The notes under the pieces were generated by a model. That model had not been told where the DNA came from. It saw only the letters and a list, made by a program, of their open reading frames with translations, and did not search any database. From Kondoa subrosea (lineage: Eukaryota): a stretch of DNA of 64,000 nucleotides. The number at the start of each line of letters is the position of its first letter. Position 1 is the stretch's first letter. The stretch lies in the NCBI GenBank assembly GCA_039545335.1, contig BCIN01000001.1, positions 1,596,604-1,660,603 of the forward strand, read 5' to 3'. This document shows positions 26,826 through 38,755 of this stretch, piece by piece. The position numbers were made by a program, and so were the translations under genes.

Positions 26826-28267
26826 ATGTTCTCACTCTTTTCTCTCGTCCTCTTGACAGCTTCTCAGATCTATGCCCAAAGTGGTAGCGCTGGCGTGACT
26901 ACTAGGTGAATATTGCCTTCTTCTATTACATTACGTGACTCCGTCTCATCATCTTTGCAAGATACTGGGATTGTTGCGTATGGCTCCTTTTCGTCCAAGA
27001 GACCCTCATTCAGATCTTCTGCACTTAGAAACCTTCTTGTGCTTGGTGAGGGCTTCCTTCTCGCCGTCAGTACCACAAGATCGTCTGACGCTGTTGACAG
27101 GCCAGGCAAAGCTACTCTGAAATCACCTCTGCAAATCTGCAACAAGAATGATCAGGTCCTCTCCGATCAGAATACCAGCAGTGGCTGCGACTCAGGTGGA
27201 AGTTCATACATGTGCACTAAAGTTGGTCTTTTTCGCTACATTGTCACATTTTCCTGACGTTGCTTTCAGGATGCTGTATGTCAGTATTCGGGTCCTCGCT
27301 TCTTGTGCTGATCGGTTTCTACTGCCCAGCCTTTTGTCGTCAATGACAATTTGGCTTACGGGACTGCAGCATCTGCTCTTTCCGGCATGTCGGAAGCTGA
27401 TAGCTGCTGTGCTTGCTTCGAGCTTACCTTCACATCTGGACCTGTCGCTGGAAAGAAAATGGTAGTTCAATCCATCAATACTGGGTAAGTTTCTTTTCGT
27501 TTTCTCTCCCGCTCTTCAACACTCAATCAATTCTCAGCGGCGATGTTGAATCCAATCAATTCGACTTGGCCCTCCCTGGTGGTGGTTTCGGAATCTTTGA
27601 TGCTTGCACTACCGAATTTGGTTACCCTGAAAGTGCTTTCGGAGCTCGCTACGGTGGAGTCTCAAGTCTGTCAGGTATGTCGGTCTTCCCAGTGATGAGG
27701 ACGTAATGTAATATAATATTTCACAGCTTGTGCTGGTCTACCCTCTGCGCTCCAAGGTATGCCAGTTAATTCATGGATCGCGTAAGCTGATCCTATGCAT
27801 CTTTAGCTGGTTGTCAATTCCGCTTCAATTGGTTTAAAGGCGCAGAGTAAGTCAAGAGCCTCCTCAATAGCAACTTCTGTTCGCTCATGTTTACGCTTCT
27901 TGACTGCCATAGTAACCCTTCCGTCACCTTCAAGAAAGTTTCATGTCCTGCCGCGCTCACAGCAAGGACTGGTTGTGTAAGAAGCGACGATAACCTATCT
28001 TATGTTCCGTCGGGCGGAAACTCAAGCCCAACTACCACTAACGTCAACACTGCAACTCGAATGACTACCTCAACTAAACCAGCCTCAACTGGTGGTGCTA
28101 CTGCTGCCGTTTACGCTCAATGCGGCGGAAAAGGTTACACTGGTCCAACGAAATGTGCTTCGTGCGTTTGCGATGCTACTCCTCGACTTTACCTTCGCTG
28201 AATACTTGATAGCGGCTCGACCTGCAAATACAATGGCGAGTACTACTCTCAATGCCTACCCAATTGA
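26826..28267 (+). CDS. Secreted GH45 (subfamily A-type) endo-beta-1,4-glucanase with C-terminal CBM1
   Basis: Signal peptide; [85 protein letters not shown]; Thr-rich linker; [32 protein letters not shown]. Confidence 0.95.
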
Positions 28268-29241
28268 AGAGTTGTCTCAGTTAGGTTTTCACTTTCGGTC
28301 AAGCGGTGGATCTGCTTGCGCAAGAATATCAGTATCCAGAGCTGTGCTCTTTTAGTACTATTGTATAGTCCGTCGCGTTGAACTTCGAGGTCACCGATTT
28401 TTGACTCTAGTCTGGTGTGACTTTTGAAGTGCAAGTCTAAGTTTGTCTCGTCACGATGCTGCCTTCCAGATGTGCCGTCATATTCTCTACAGCATGAAAG
28501 CTCATCGCAGCTTGTGCATCTCCAGGTGTTTGATTGTGTCAATGACTCAGCCACGCGTTTTTTGAACGTTCTCTTGCACGATAAGAGTTCACCGTTCCTG
28601 CTCGTCGCTAGTGACCAGCCTGATCCGCATTAACAAGCTTTGCAAGCTACTACTCAGTCTCAAATCTTTGTTTACCCATTCGAACAAATCATGCACTGCT
28701 TTTCCCAAAACGATAGCTTTGCTCTCTCGAGATCGTTCATTCGCGCGCACAACTACTTCAGTCTATGATCTGGTTAAGAGCGATACAGCTCTTGCGAGAC
28801 GTCTCCCGCGCGCAGCTGTGCTATTTCGATGCAATTAAAAATTGCCCGCCTGAACACTGCGCTTTGCTTTCGCGCAAGTTTATGTTTATCATATGCTTGA
28901 TTACTTCCCTTATGCGCAGTATGCTCCACTTGTGAAGTTGTGCACAGATGTGATTTGTTTGTGATTCTCGAAAAAGTGTTCTCCCACCACTACTTGGTGT
29001 CGGAGGTCATCGGATTTGGGCATTAATGCTATATCGGTCTGGATCGTCAGTTTTTCCCAAAGACAGATATCCGCTTAAGCTCTTTTCTTCCGCTGTGAAT
29101 GTCTTTGAGTCTTTCCCGGAAAGGGAACTCCAAATTTACGCGTGTGTTGATCCGACCTTTCTTGATAGCTTTTGAGTTTTTATCAATCTTTGTGAATTGT
29201 GCACAGTGGACATGTATCCGGACAGACCTTCCGACATGGAG

Positions 29242-29248
29242 TATAAAA
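29242..29248 (+). promoter_or_regulatory. Putative TATA box of the expansin-like gene
   Basis: TATAAAA about 110 nt upstream of the ATG at 29352, followed by a C/T/A-rich leader. Confidence 0.5.
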
Positions 29249-29351
29249 ACCTCCTTGCTAATTGAATTATCTCTCTTCACCAAAGAACTCTTCAACTTCT
29301 TCAGCACACTTCATTACTTTAACTTCTCCAACAAACCTCACTACTTTCACT

Positions 29352-29971
29352 ATGGTTTCCATCAAATCCCTCATTGCTTCAGCCGTCGTGCTCGTCGCTA
29401 CAGTCTCTGCTGCTCCTGCCACTGTCAAGCGTGACATCGCTTCTGGACCTGGAACATGTAAGCTCACTTCGCTCTCTTCCGTCGCAGCTTGATCCTAATT
29501 TCGTTTTGCCAGACTGTGAGCTCACTTCGCTTTCTGTTTTCGAGCTTTTCTGAGGAGAGAGGGGGAAAAAAAAAGACTACCAAAATGGCAATCCAGGAGC
29601 TTGCGGAAACTACAACCCAGACAGCGCATACATGTCAGTCGTTTTCCGCTTTTCCAACATCCACTTGTTATATGTACTAACTTCTGGTTTCTAGTGTCGC
29701 TCTTAACTCTGGAGAATACGACAACGGTGCTCACTGCGGACAAAAGATCACCTTGAAGAACAACGACAACGGAGCTCAAGTTGATGCTATCGTTGCAGAC
29801 CTTTGCCCTTCGTGCGGTGGCGATGTTAGTTTTCTCTTCTGCTGCTCTTTCACTTGCACATAGCTGATCTCATTGAATCAGGGTTACTCCGGAATTGATT
29901 TGAGCGAGGCTGCTTTCATGGCTCTCGGCAACAAGGACCAGGGTGTTCTTCCTCTCACTTGGTGGTACTAG
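29352..29971 (+). CDS. Secreted expansin-like/loosenin-type DPBB (RlpA-like) protein
   Basis: Signal peptide plus KR pro-site; GTYYYQNGNPGACG..VALNSGEYDNGAHCGQKITL..VADLCPSC..IDLSEAAFMALG..GVLPLTWWY*. Confidence 0.92.
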
Positions 29972-30388
29972 GTTAGTCCTCTCACAACTGTTGATGTCTC
30001 CTCAAGCTAATCGATGTGTTCTCTCTGTCCCAATAGATTCATTCACTCTTACCCCCATTCTTCACTTTTGGGTCGTTTTTTCGTCAATCTCGTCAATCTG
30101 GCATTGTAGAAGGGGGGTTCTCTTAGCAGCGAAAGCTCGGTCTTTGCGCTTGTATTTGGGTTTGGGGTTTTCTCGTCAAAAAAGGCTGTTAAAGCCAAAT
30201 GTATCAAATAGTCGCTCGCTTGCATTGTAGTCAATCATTTTTGCCTTGTCTCTTGTGCTCTCTTGCGAGTCTCTTACCTCTCTGTGAGTTTTGCCTTTCT
30301 TCCTCTTTTGCAGTTATCTTCACTTTCAGCTTAATTTCGCTTAGTCATTTCTTGATCTTAACCTCAAGATGTTTCATTCAATACCTAT

Positions 30389-32088
30389 ATGACGATGATA
30401 TCCATCTTAGAATCTATATACCGCGCGTCTGGACGCTTCAGAAGCTCGCGCGGCTTGAGCCTTCGTCATAAAGCAACGAAAACAGCCGGTCAGTTAGACT
30501 TACAAGATTTGCCTTTAAGATTGGCTGTTATTGGCAGTGGACCAGCTGGATTCTATGCTGCATCCAGAATATTGGGTCTCAAAGGCAGCCAGAATGTACA
30601 AATCGACATGTACGAAGAGCTGCCAGTACCATTCGGTCTTGTACGCTTTGGTGTAGCTCCAGATCATCCAGAAGTCAAAGCAAGCTACTCTTCCATCTGT
30701 TCTGCGATATCTTAGTTTATACATGTGCCCGTCAGAACTGCATACACAAGTTTGAGGAAACCGCTCAAGATGCTCGTTTCCGGTTCTTTGGCAATGTTCA
30801 GATAGGTGGTCCAGTTCATAGCAAATCAGGAGTCGCTTTCGATCCACCTACGATCAATGATGCGGCCGCACCAGCTTCAGCTTCAATACCTTTAGCTTTC
30901 CTCAAATCACACTACCATTCCATTCTGCTCACTTATGGAGCTTCTTATGATCGAATGCTCAATATTTCAGGCGAAGAAACTCTTTCCAATGTCTTCTCAG
31001 CTCGTTCTTTTGTTCATTTCTACAACGGTCATCCATATGCACAACATTACGCTGCTATAGCCTCTTTGGATCTATCCAAAATCTCACACGTCACTATCGT
31101 CGGTCAAGGGAATGTAGCGTTCGATTGCGCTAGAACTCTGTTATCGCCTATAGATCATTTGAGAGCGACGGATATGCCTGAACCTGTTTTAGCTGAATTA
31201 GCAAGATCAAGAGTTAAGAGAGTGGACGTGGTTGGTAGAAGAGGACCTTTGCAATTAGCTGGAACGACTAAAGAATTGAGAGAGATGTTGCAATTACCTG
31301 GAGTGGGTTTCGATGTTGATTTGGAGCAAGTCAAGGAAGCGGAAGTTGTTCTAGCTCAGACTCCGGATATGGTCAGTGGGAGGATGAAGAAGAGAATCTT
31401 GGGGTTGATGAAAGGTGGAGCTTTACAAGCTGGTTCCAACCCGGAGAAAGAATGGTCATTACAATACTTCAAATCACCTACCGCTTTACATTCAGACAAC
31501 GGAGGATCGGAAGGACCTGTCAAAATGATTGATTGGGATTTGAATAGCTTGATATCGGATACTGAGCAAGATCCTGGTAATTGGAGAACTCGCTCAAGTG
31601 GTCAAACTACATCTACTCGAACTGATTTGGTACTCAAAAGCGTTGGCTATCGGTCAATCGGAATTTCTGGTATTCCCTTCGATGATAGAGCAGGCATAGT
31701 ACCAAACGAAAGTGGTCGAGTGACTTCTCAAGATGGGTCTCAGGTGAGATCAGAGTCCTGCTAGGTAGAATACCGCTCAAATCTTGTTTAGGTCGAGGGC
31801 CTTTACGTATCGGGCTGGCTTGCTCGAGGTCCGACGGGAGTGATAGCCACTACAATGATGGACGCTTACTTGACGGCCGAAACCCTTGTCTCTGACTTCC
31901 TGGAATCCGAAAGTCGAAACAAGGCACCGTCAGAAGCAGACCTAACAAGTCAAGCACAAGGCAAGAAGATCGTCGGTTGGCAAGATTGGCAGAAGATTGA
32001 TCGAGCAGAAAGAGAAAATGGTCGACCTTTAGGCAAAGAGCGAGAAAAGTTTACAAGTATTTCATCTATGCTCAACGTACTCAAATAG
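30389..32088 (+). CDS. ARH1: Mitochondrial NADPH:adrenodoxin (ferredoxin) reductase
   Basis: [90 protein letters not shown]. Confidence 0.95.
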
Positions 32089-32100
32089 AAGATCTATATA

Positions 32101-33240
32101 TCATTCTACTTGTTCTGTTGCCTCAGCTTCTTCTTCTTCGGCTTGATTCTCCCTGCAATACTTGTACAACTTCCTTCGATTGCTTTCCCTCGTTTCTGGT
32201 TTCGAAGCTTCATCAAACAAAGCTTTCAGTACCGCTGCATCTAGATCAGCCAATGCCAAGGTCTGTCCATCTTTCGTGCAGAAAGTAGCTTGTTCTAATA
32301 TCGTTTCAATAGCTGTTTGTTCGCTTGGGGAATCCCTCTTCCTTCTTTTGGCTGGAGGATCTGAGGAAGAAGCGGAAAAATGTTTAGCTGCTGCTTCATG
32401 TAATGGTTCAAAGACGTTTTCAAGAATCGTATCGCAGACTGCTTTTTGAGGTGCTCGAGCTAAACAATGGTAGAAAGGTTGAAGGAGTAGTGTGATTGGA
32501 ATAGGCGAAGTAGAGGTAGATTGAGATAGACAGTCTTGTAATGAGGAGAAGAAAACTTGAGAATAATGTACAGGTATCGAGATTGGGATTTTTGCGTTTG
32601 TAGGACTAGTAACGAGTTTAACGAGATCAAGTTGATGAGAGCTTTGAACATACCACAGTGGACCGTTCTCGCTCGATATTAGAGCATTGTACTCTGCTAT
32701 CGCTTGAGGATCCCAATTGTCTCTCGCCAATAGTCTCAATGATGCAGTAACGTATCGCCGAAGAAGTAGATAGTACTTGTCCATCCTGTCAGAGAAATTC
32801 GATCAGATACATTGCGAGCCATTGCAAGAGTAGTCCTCTCACCTGTGTCTGTCTATACCAGGCCATTCTCGTAGAACCGTTGTCCAAAAAGCACGCAAGA
32901 AAGCCAAAGCAGACCGAAATCTTGCTACTTTGCTATTCGACTCTTGCGGCCTAACGATAAGAAGCAGATCTGCCAGAGTATTGGCCAATTGTTGTTGTAC
33001 CAGAGGTTTGTCCGACATCCACATGCAGTAGTAGAGTGCTTTCCATAACTTTTGCAGCTCCAGATCCGAATACCGTTTCTCCAGCTTCGACTCTGCTTCC
33101 CAGTCCAAGTCCGCTTCCAGCTCAACCTCTGCATTTTTGCCAGCCAAAAATGATTGAAGCGCTTTCACTGCTTTATCTCGTACTTTCTTCTCATTGGCTG
33201 CCAGCTGCTTGCCTAGAGGTGGTATATCTGCAGAGCTCAT
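32101..33240 (-). CDS. RRP1: Nucleolar rRNA-processing protein Rrp1/Nop52
   Basis: KQLAANEKKVRDKA, KLWKALYYCMWMSDKPLVQQQLA, FWTTVLREWPGIDRHRMDKYYLLLRR, TRESNRRKLY. Confidence 0.95.
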
Positions 33241-34047
33241 CGGTATTTGTGTGGCAGTCATTGACTGGAGAAGAAAATATTCCTTCAAGCTTGTCGAGTG
33301 AACACCATCAAACCCAAATCACAGCCTTGCTGGATGGCAGCTGAATTTGCTACTAATTATACTGTTGAAGACTGTAGTCTACTGAATCTGTTGATTGATT
33401 GAATTAGTACTTGGGCCAAGTTCGCGCTCGACATGCCCAAGCCCGTTGTGCTGGCTCATCTGTCTGATTCCGTTGTGTCTGTCTCTCCCTCTGTCATTGA
33501 TTCTCTGCTGTATGGTGTCCCGTCTGCCAGTGATTGTTGAATTAGCCAGCAACACTGCTTTGTATACAACTCTACACTACGCTCTGCTGTTCTTACAGAG
33601 CAACTCATCTACTTCCTCTTGATCCTGATAAGATAAGGGAACAGAGAAAGCCATGCAAAGAGGAGTTCGAATAGCCAGAGTCAGAAGCTTGAAGCCGAAA
33701 TGAAAAGGTCGATTCTTGACCAAATTTCGCCCGTGACTCAGGCGCTGTGGCTTGTCACAGGCTCCAAGGAGTGCCCTGTCCAAGTCATCCCGTCTATTAG
33801 CTCTTCTCGGTATGTTGAGAAGACCCTTTAGAAGTATCCCCTGATCAAACACGGCTTAAAGGCACATGGATTGAGCAAAAGGAGCGAAAGATGTGCGACC
33901 CAGAGGTGACTGCTGATCTTGATACATGAACAGAAGCAAAAGGCAAGAAGAGAAAAGCTAAATGTAGTAGCATGAAAATAGACATATTGCTAATTGAACC
34001 AGTAGACCGAAAGGCAAAATCTAAGGCAAGGCTGAAGTACATTTCAG

Positions 34048-35626
34048 CTAACCCAGGGTGTATTGAAATCTGCTGGCTGATTGCCATTCTCCGAACTTGT
34101 ATAAGCGGCGGGAAAGACTATCGAGTGTTAATGCTTGTGTGTCGCTAGAGAAGTCGGCTTACATACCCCTTTGCACAAAGCCTATTTTGAGCACACTGCT
34201 CCAGCCAGGTGTATTCTGTTGTGCTGAATCAGTCCGATCGCGAGTGTAAAAAGAAAAGTGAAGACAGGCTCACCCAAGCTAGAACTTCGGCGATAATATG
34301 TCGTATGTCGCGCTCTTTTATAGCAGGATGATCGATGCACGCCTTCCAGAAAAGAAGCCCTATACCTTGCTTGCTGTATTCTGGGCGAAGATATGCGCTG
34401 ACACCCAAACAGCTGGGAAAATCTAGTCAACTCATCTCGACGCCTGGAAGAGACTTACTGATGCATGCATTCTCCGATATCCCATTCATACATGCACATA
34501 TATCCAATGACTCGATTTTCGTATTCGGCGACCACAAACTGCAAATAAGAAATCAGCATTGCAGGCTACTAAACCAAGTGTGAGACTGTACAGGTAAAGA
34601 CTCTTCCAGCAGATGCAACGGCCAACCGACACGGTCATTGACGGCGAATGGTACGGTATATGAATTGGCCTGAGATATACTCAGACGTTTTCAAGCATCA
34701 TCTCATCCACACTCGACGTACATTCGAATAGCAGACTGAAATGTTGTACATTTCAGTCACTGTTCAGAAGTCAGCAAAGCCAGGAGATCAATCGACTAGA
34801 CTTACTAGCTTCTAAATCTTTCCAAGCTGCCTGACGGATGATAATATTCGTGATATCAATAGGTATTTGAGTTTTCTGTTGCGGATATCTGTCTAAAGCC
34901 TCTTGAGTGGGGAAGCCTTGGCCGACGACCGATGGCTCAGGACCAATACTCCGGCAGAACATGACTTGATCATAGCTTTGGCCATGTCTGACGGCGACGT
35001 CCTTCAGACTGGAAGACTAATTAGTGAACCCTTGAACGAGTATAAAGCATAGCTCACCTGCCACAATTATGGAATTCTAATTTTCCAAGCCAAGAGGAAG
35101 CGACCTCGTTGACTGATAAGACAGATCCTGCATCGGAGAGTCAGCTTGAAAGACTCTTCCAGCCAATTACCTACTTAGGCTCACGTACAGCTTCTTTGCC
35201 CTTGACTTATCATGCGTTTGCAATGCTTCGAAGAGCCGACTTCCAATACCTTGCCGTCTATTATTCTCCGCGACCAGACATTCCAGGATAACCATATATT
35301 CATTGCCATTACCAGCTACGGCAGTCAAAAAATACAGATATGAGATATGAGCTCACAGGGAATTTCTCACTTGAGAAAGCTTACAACATACCAACTGTAT
35401 CCCAAAATGGCTCGAAAGCTGCATATGCCAGGACTTCTGTTCCATGTGTAGCTACAAGGCAAGGATGTTCTGCTTGCGTGATATGATCGAACATCTTTTG
35501 AGTCTGCTCTAGACTTTGCGGAGAATCGAGTTGCAAGAGTCCTTCCTCAATAACAGAATTGTAGCGACTATTAATCGCTGCAATGTCCCCGAGAGTAGCA
35601 TCTCGAAGCAAAGGTTCAGCAGGCAT
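34048..35626 (-). CDS. Tandem two-domain GNAT acetyltransferase; both domains phosphinothricin/methionine-sulfoximine N-acetyltransferase-like
   Basis: Domain 1: LRDATLGDIAAINSRYN..PCLVATHGTEVLAYA..VAENNRRQGIGSRLFEAL..GSLKDVAVRHGQSYD. Domain 2 by manual splicing: IRQAAWKDLEAMTEMYN..PFVVAEYENRVIGY..SAYLRPEYSKQGIGLL..KIGFVQRG..YKFGEWQ..FQYTLG*. Confidence 0.8.
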
Positions 35627-35745
35627 TGTAGTAAAGCGGATGCAAGAGAGAGACATAGGAGAAATGCAGCAGCAGTCGTTCGGAATAGCAGCATAGCAAA
35701 TTCAGACAAAAGGCAGTGCCCAAAGGCGTTAATGAACGCCCAGAT

Positions 35746-36306
35746 CTATTTCCAGTAGTACACTACGCTGATACGGCAGCCCCTGTTCAGTTAGGCAATT
35801 AAGTTTAGCACCAAAGCGACATCGCTGCACTTACGCATGAGCTTCGGTGACGCATTGGTTGCCTTGAGTGATGGCGATTGCATCCGACGAGGCTGCGCAT
35901 CCTTCAATAGTACTAGTGAAAGTAGTGTAGATGGTGCCTTGAGACCCTTCAGAGCGCTCGCATTAGTAAAGAGATCATCAGCGAGAAGTATTGAGAGTAG
36001 CTTACAATCGTCGCTTTCAATCCAATAACTGTGGATATCAGACCCATATTTGCCCTCAACCCATTCATTACTATGAGCCATGCCTGGATAAAGTCTTTCG
36101 AACGCTCTCATAAGAATCTACTTGAAATGTAAAGACAGAACTCACGCATCAAGCCCATTTCCGGAGGTCCCGTACCAGGCGATAGAATCATCTGATCCAG
36201 TATATGCTGGTGCACCGGGGCAGTCGCCTTTATTGAAGATCTTCATTCGGACGTCGGCATAGGTTAAAGCGAAGAAAGTAGAGAGAAGGATGCTAGCTGT
36301 CTTCAT
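35746..36306 (-). CDS. Small secreted cysteine-containing protein (~130 aa), orphan
   Basis: Signal peptide MKTASILLSTFFALTYA; three canonical GT-AG introns keep the frame to ...AGCRISVVYYWK*; four Cys. Confidence 0.7.
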
Positions 36307-37050
36307 TATTGCGGTTTTTGGGGAGAGATATACGTTTGTGACAAGAGGTAGAAAGAAATACTAGTTGACGTTGGAGAAGCTTCATTCAGACTGTACCTTC
36401 TGGGCGCACTGACTCAGCCTTCTGGTTGATGAGTAGAGCATGAAAAACAGAATTACTGTTCCAGAAGCCTGACACAACAACGAAACGAACACGCATGGCA
36501 GAGGAAGAGGGAAAGAGAAGAAATAGGAGGAGACATATAGGTCTGCAAAGCCAGATCATCAAGAGTCCTGCGCTTGCAACTGTATAGATTGTATAGCAGA
36601 GGCGCAGCACCAACGCTATGCTCTGAAAGCTTTCTGTCTCGGAGCTGTCTACTTGTGTATTCCCTCTGTTCCAACGAATTTCTGCCTTCTTGGCCTCAAA
36701 CTTTGACTGCATATTCCGAGGTCTCTTGTTTTCTGCATCACCATCTGCGTAGGGTATCTGTGGTCTCTCTTATGATTTTCTCCCGTTGTCCGAGATTGAC
36801 CATACATTATTGTTACTATAGATTGGTTTGATGCAGTCGCCTCATTTATGCTGCGAAAGCTACAGGCTCACTGACAGCTTTCAGCCTGTCATCGCTGTCC
36901 AAGCTCCGTTTCTGTTGATCGAGTTAAGGCCTTCAATTTAACAGGGCGTTAAAGTTTGAGGGCGTCTGCTTACGTTTTGAAGTGTTACTCTAAGCAGTTC
37001 GTGGGCCTTCTCTCCATGTTTTTATCTCCTGTCTCTCTTTTCCCCTCTCG

Positions 37051-38755
37051 ATGACTGCTGAGATTGTGAATGTGCAAGCGGCGACGAATCTGGCGCTCGA
37101 AGCGATCACTTTGCAAGGGGATGTGAATCCTTACATTTGGCTGCTCGATACCATTCAGGAGCGGCTGCTTCCTCAGCTGAATTCGAAGCATTTCACGTCG
37201 CTTCTGTGGTTCTGCGTCGCGGCTCATTGTATTTCGCTTGTTGCGAATCTACTGACTTTGGCAGTCAGAGCGAAGAGTAGGCGGTTTTGGCTATTTAGGT
37301 TCACTTCTATCAGAGGCGGCCGCTATATAACGTGAGTCTACGACTATAGTTCCCAATATGAAGACTAAGTCTTTCTAGACCGAATGCGGCTGTTCTGTAT
37401 GCTCTCGTTGGATCGTTCTACTGCGTGTTCGCTATCATCGCTACATCTTTACTGGCAAGATACAGCTTGCCAAACCTGAAGACACATCTAATTTTATGGC
37501 CTCTATTATCTTTACAAATGCTCGCGATCTGCTGCTATGTGGAGCTGTGGTCTTGCCTGGCGTCAGTATTGGCCTGTAATGAAATGCCTACTCCGTAGGC
37601 TGATTCTCGGAATGCATTTGTTCACTCGCTGAGTTATTGCTGTCTCTAGTCTTATTGGATCTAAAACCCCGCTTTCGCCGTTACTTTACAATTGTCTCAC
37701 AGTCGGGGTCTTGGTATTCTACTGCCTTGTCACTATAGCAATGATCACTCCTCTGGACTATTACTGGACAAGCGCAACTCAAGCAGCTCTATCTTTGCAA
37801 GACCTTCTGATGACGGGAGCGAAAACTTGGATTCCTGGTAAGAATGATCTAGCAGTGGTGGTTGCAAGAGAAGGCGTGCCCATATTGCGTAAAATCAATT
37901 CCGATTTTGGGAACATTTACCGCTGGATAAAGATTGCTACGGCTTATCAAACTGCAAGCATCTGTCTTCTGTTGGCTGTGCGTCCCTTCCGTATATTCTG
38001 TTTGTATAGCGCTGACACGACTTGATAGATCTGGATTCCTCTTGTGGTTGTTCACGTCAAGCTGCTCGGTAATCAGATCTCTACTTTACAGCGCATGTCT
38101 ACCTCAGAACAGCACACTCGCTTACCCGGATCAATGAATACGCTTGACATGAAGAGAAGTCATCAAAAGGAGATTCAGAATTTGGTCAGCCTGTGTCGAC
38201 AAAGAGTAGTGAATGCTATCGCAGTAGTCGTCTTGGGACTCGCATATATCGCAGTAATCCTCATCCCTGCTACTCAGTAAGCATCTGCTCAATTGCACCA
38301 GAAGTTTGCTAATGAGGAGCAGAGGAAGTCAAGCTCTCCTCCGACCAGCGGCATATCAAGCATTTTTGGGCGGAACATTCCTTATTTACTCGATCTTCGG
38401 AACGTGAGTCAGCTCTTCTAGCAGTACTGTCTCCTGCTGAAGTCTTTTTGACTACAGACCAATCAGTATCATGTTGTTGCGACTTTCTTACAGTCTGCAT
38501 ACCGGTCGTATCAGTAGTCCAAGAGGGACACAAAGGAGTCGGAACATATCTGGAACAAGAGATTTTGTCGTGCACAGTACTAGAACAGGTGAGTTGGTTC
38601 TTTTTGGCTAGAGCGACATCTCATCCTTTTCGATAGTTGATCAAAATCATGTCCCGTTACAAACAATTTCTGGCACAGCAAAGAACGACGAGCGAGATAA
38701 TGAATGGGACGACAACAAGTTGAATGTTCAATATGCTTCTAAATCGGCTGTTTAG
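37051..38755 (+). CDS. Multi-pass (about 7 TM) membrane protein of unknown function
   Basis: NPYIWL..TM1..FWLFRF..GRYITPN and about seven hydrophobic segments over several exons; 3' end approximate. Confidence 0.65.

Noticed and set aside
33460..33973. Possible small minus-strand secreted-protein gene starting MLLHLAFLFLPFASVHV
   Set aside because: It starts only about 75 bp after the GNAT stop, the first splice junction is ambiguous, and no motif is recognisable. It may be 3' UTR or RRP1 promoter sequence.
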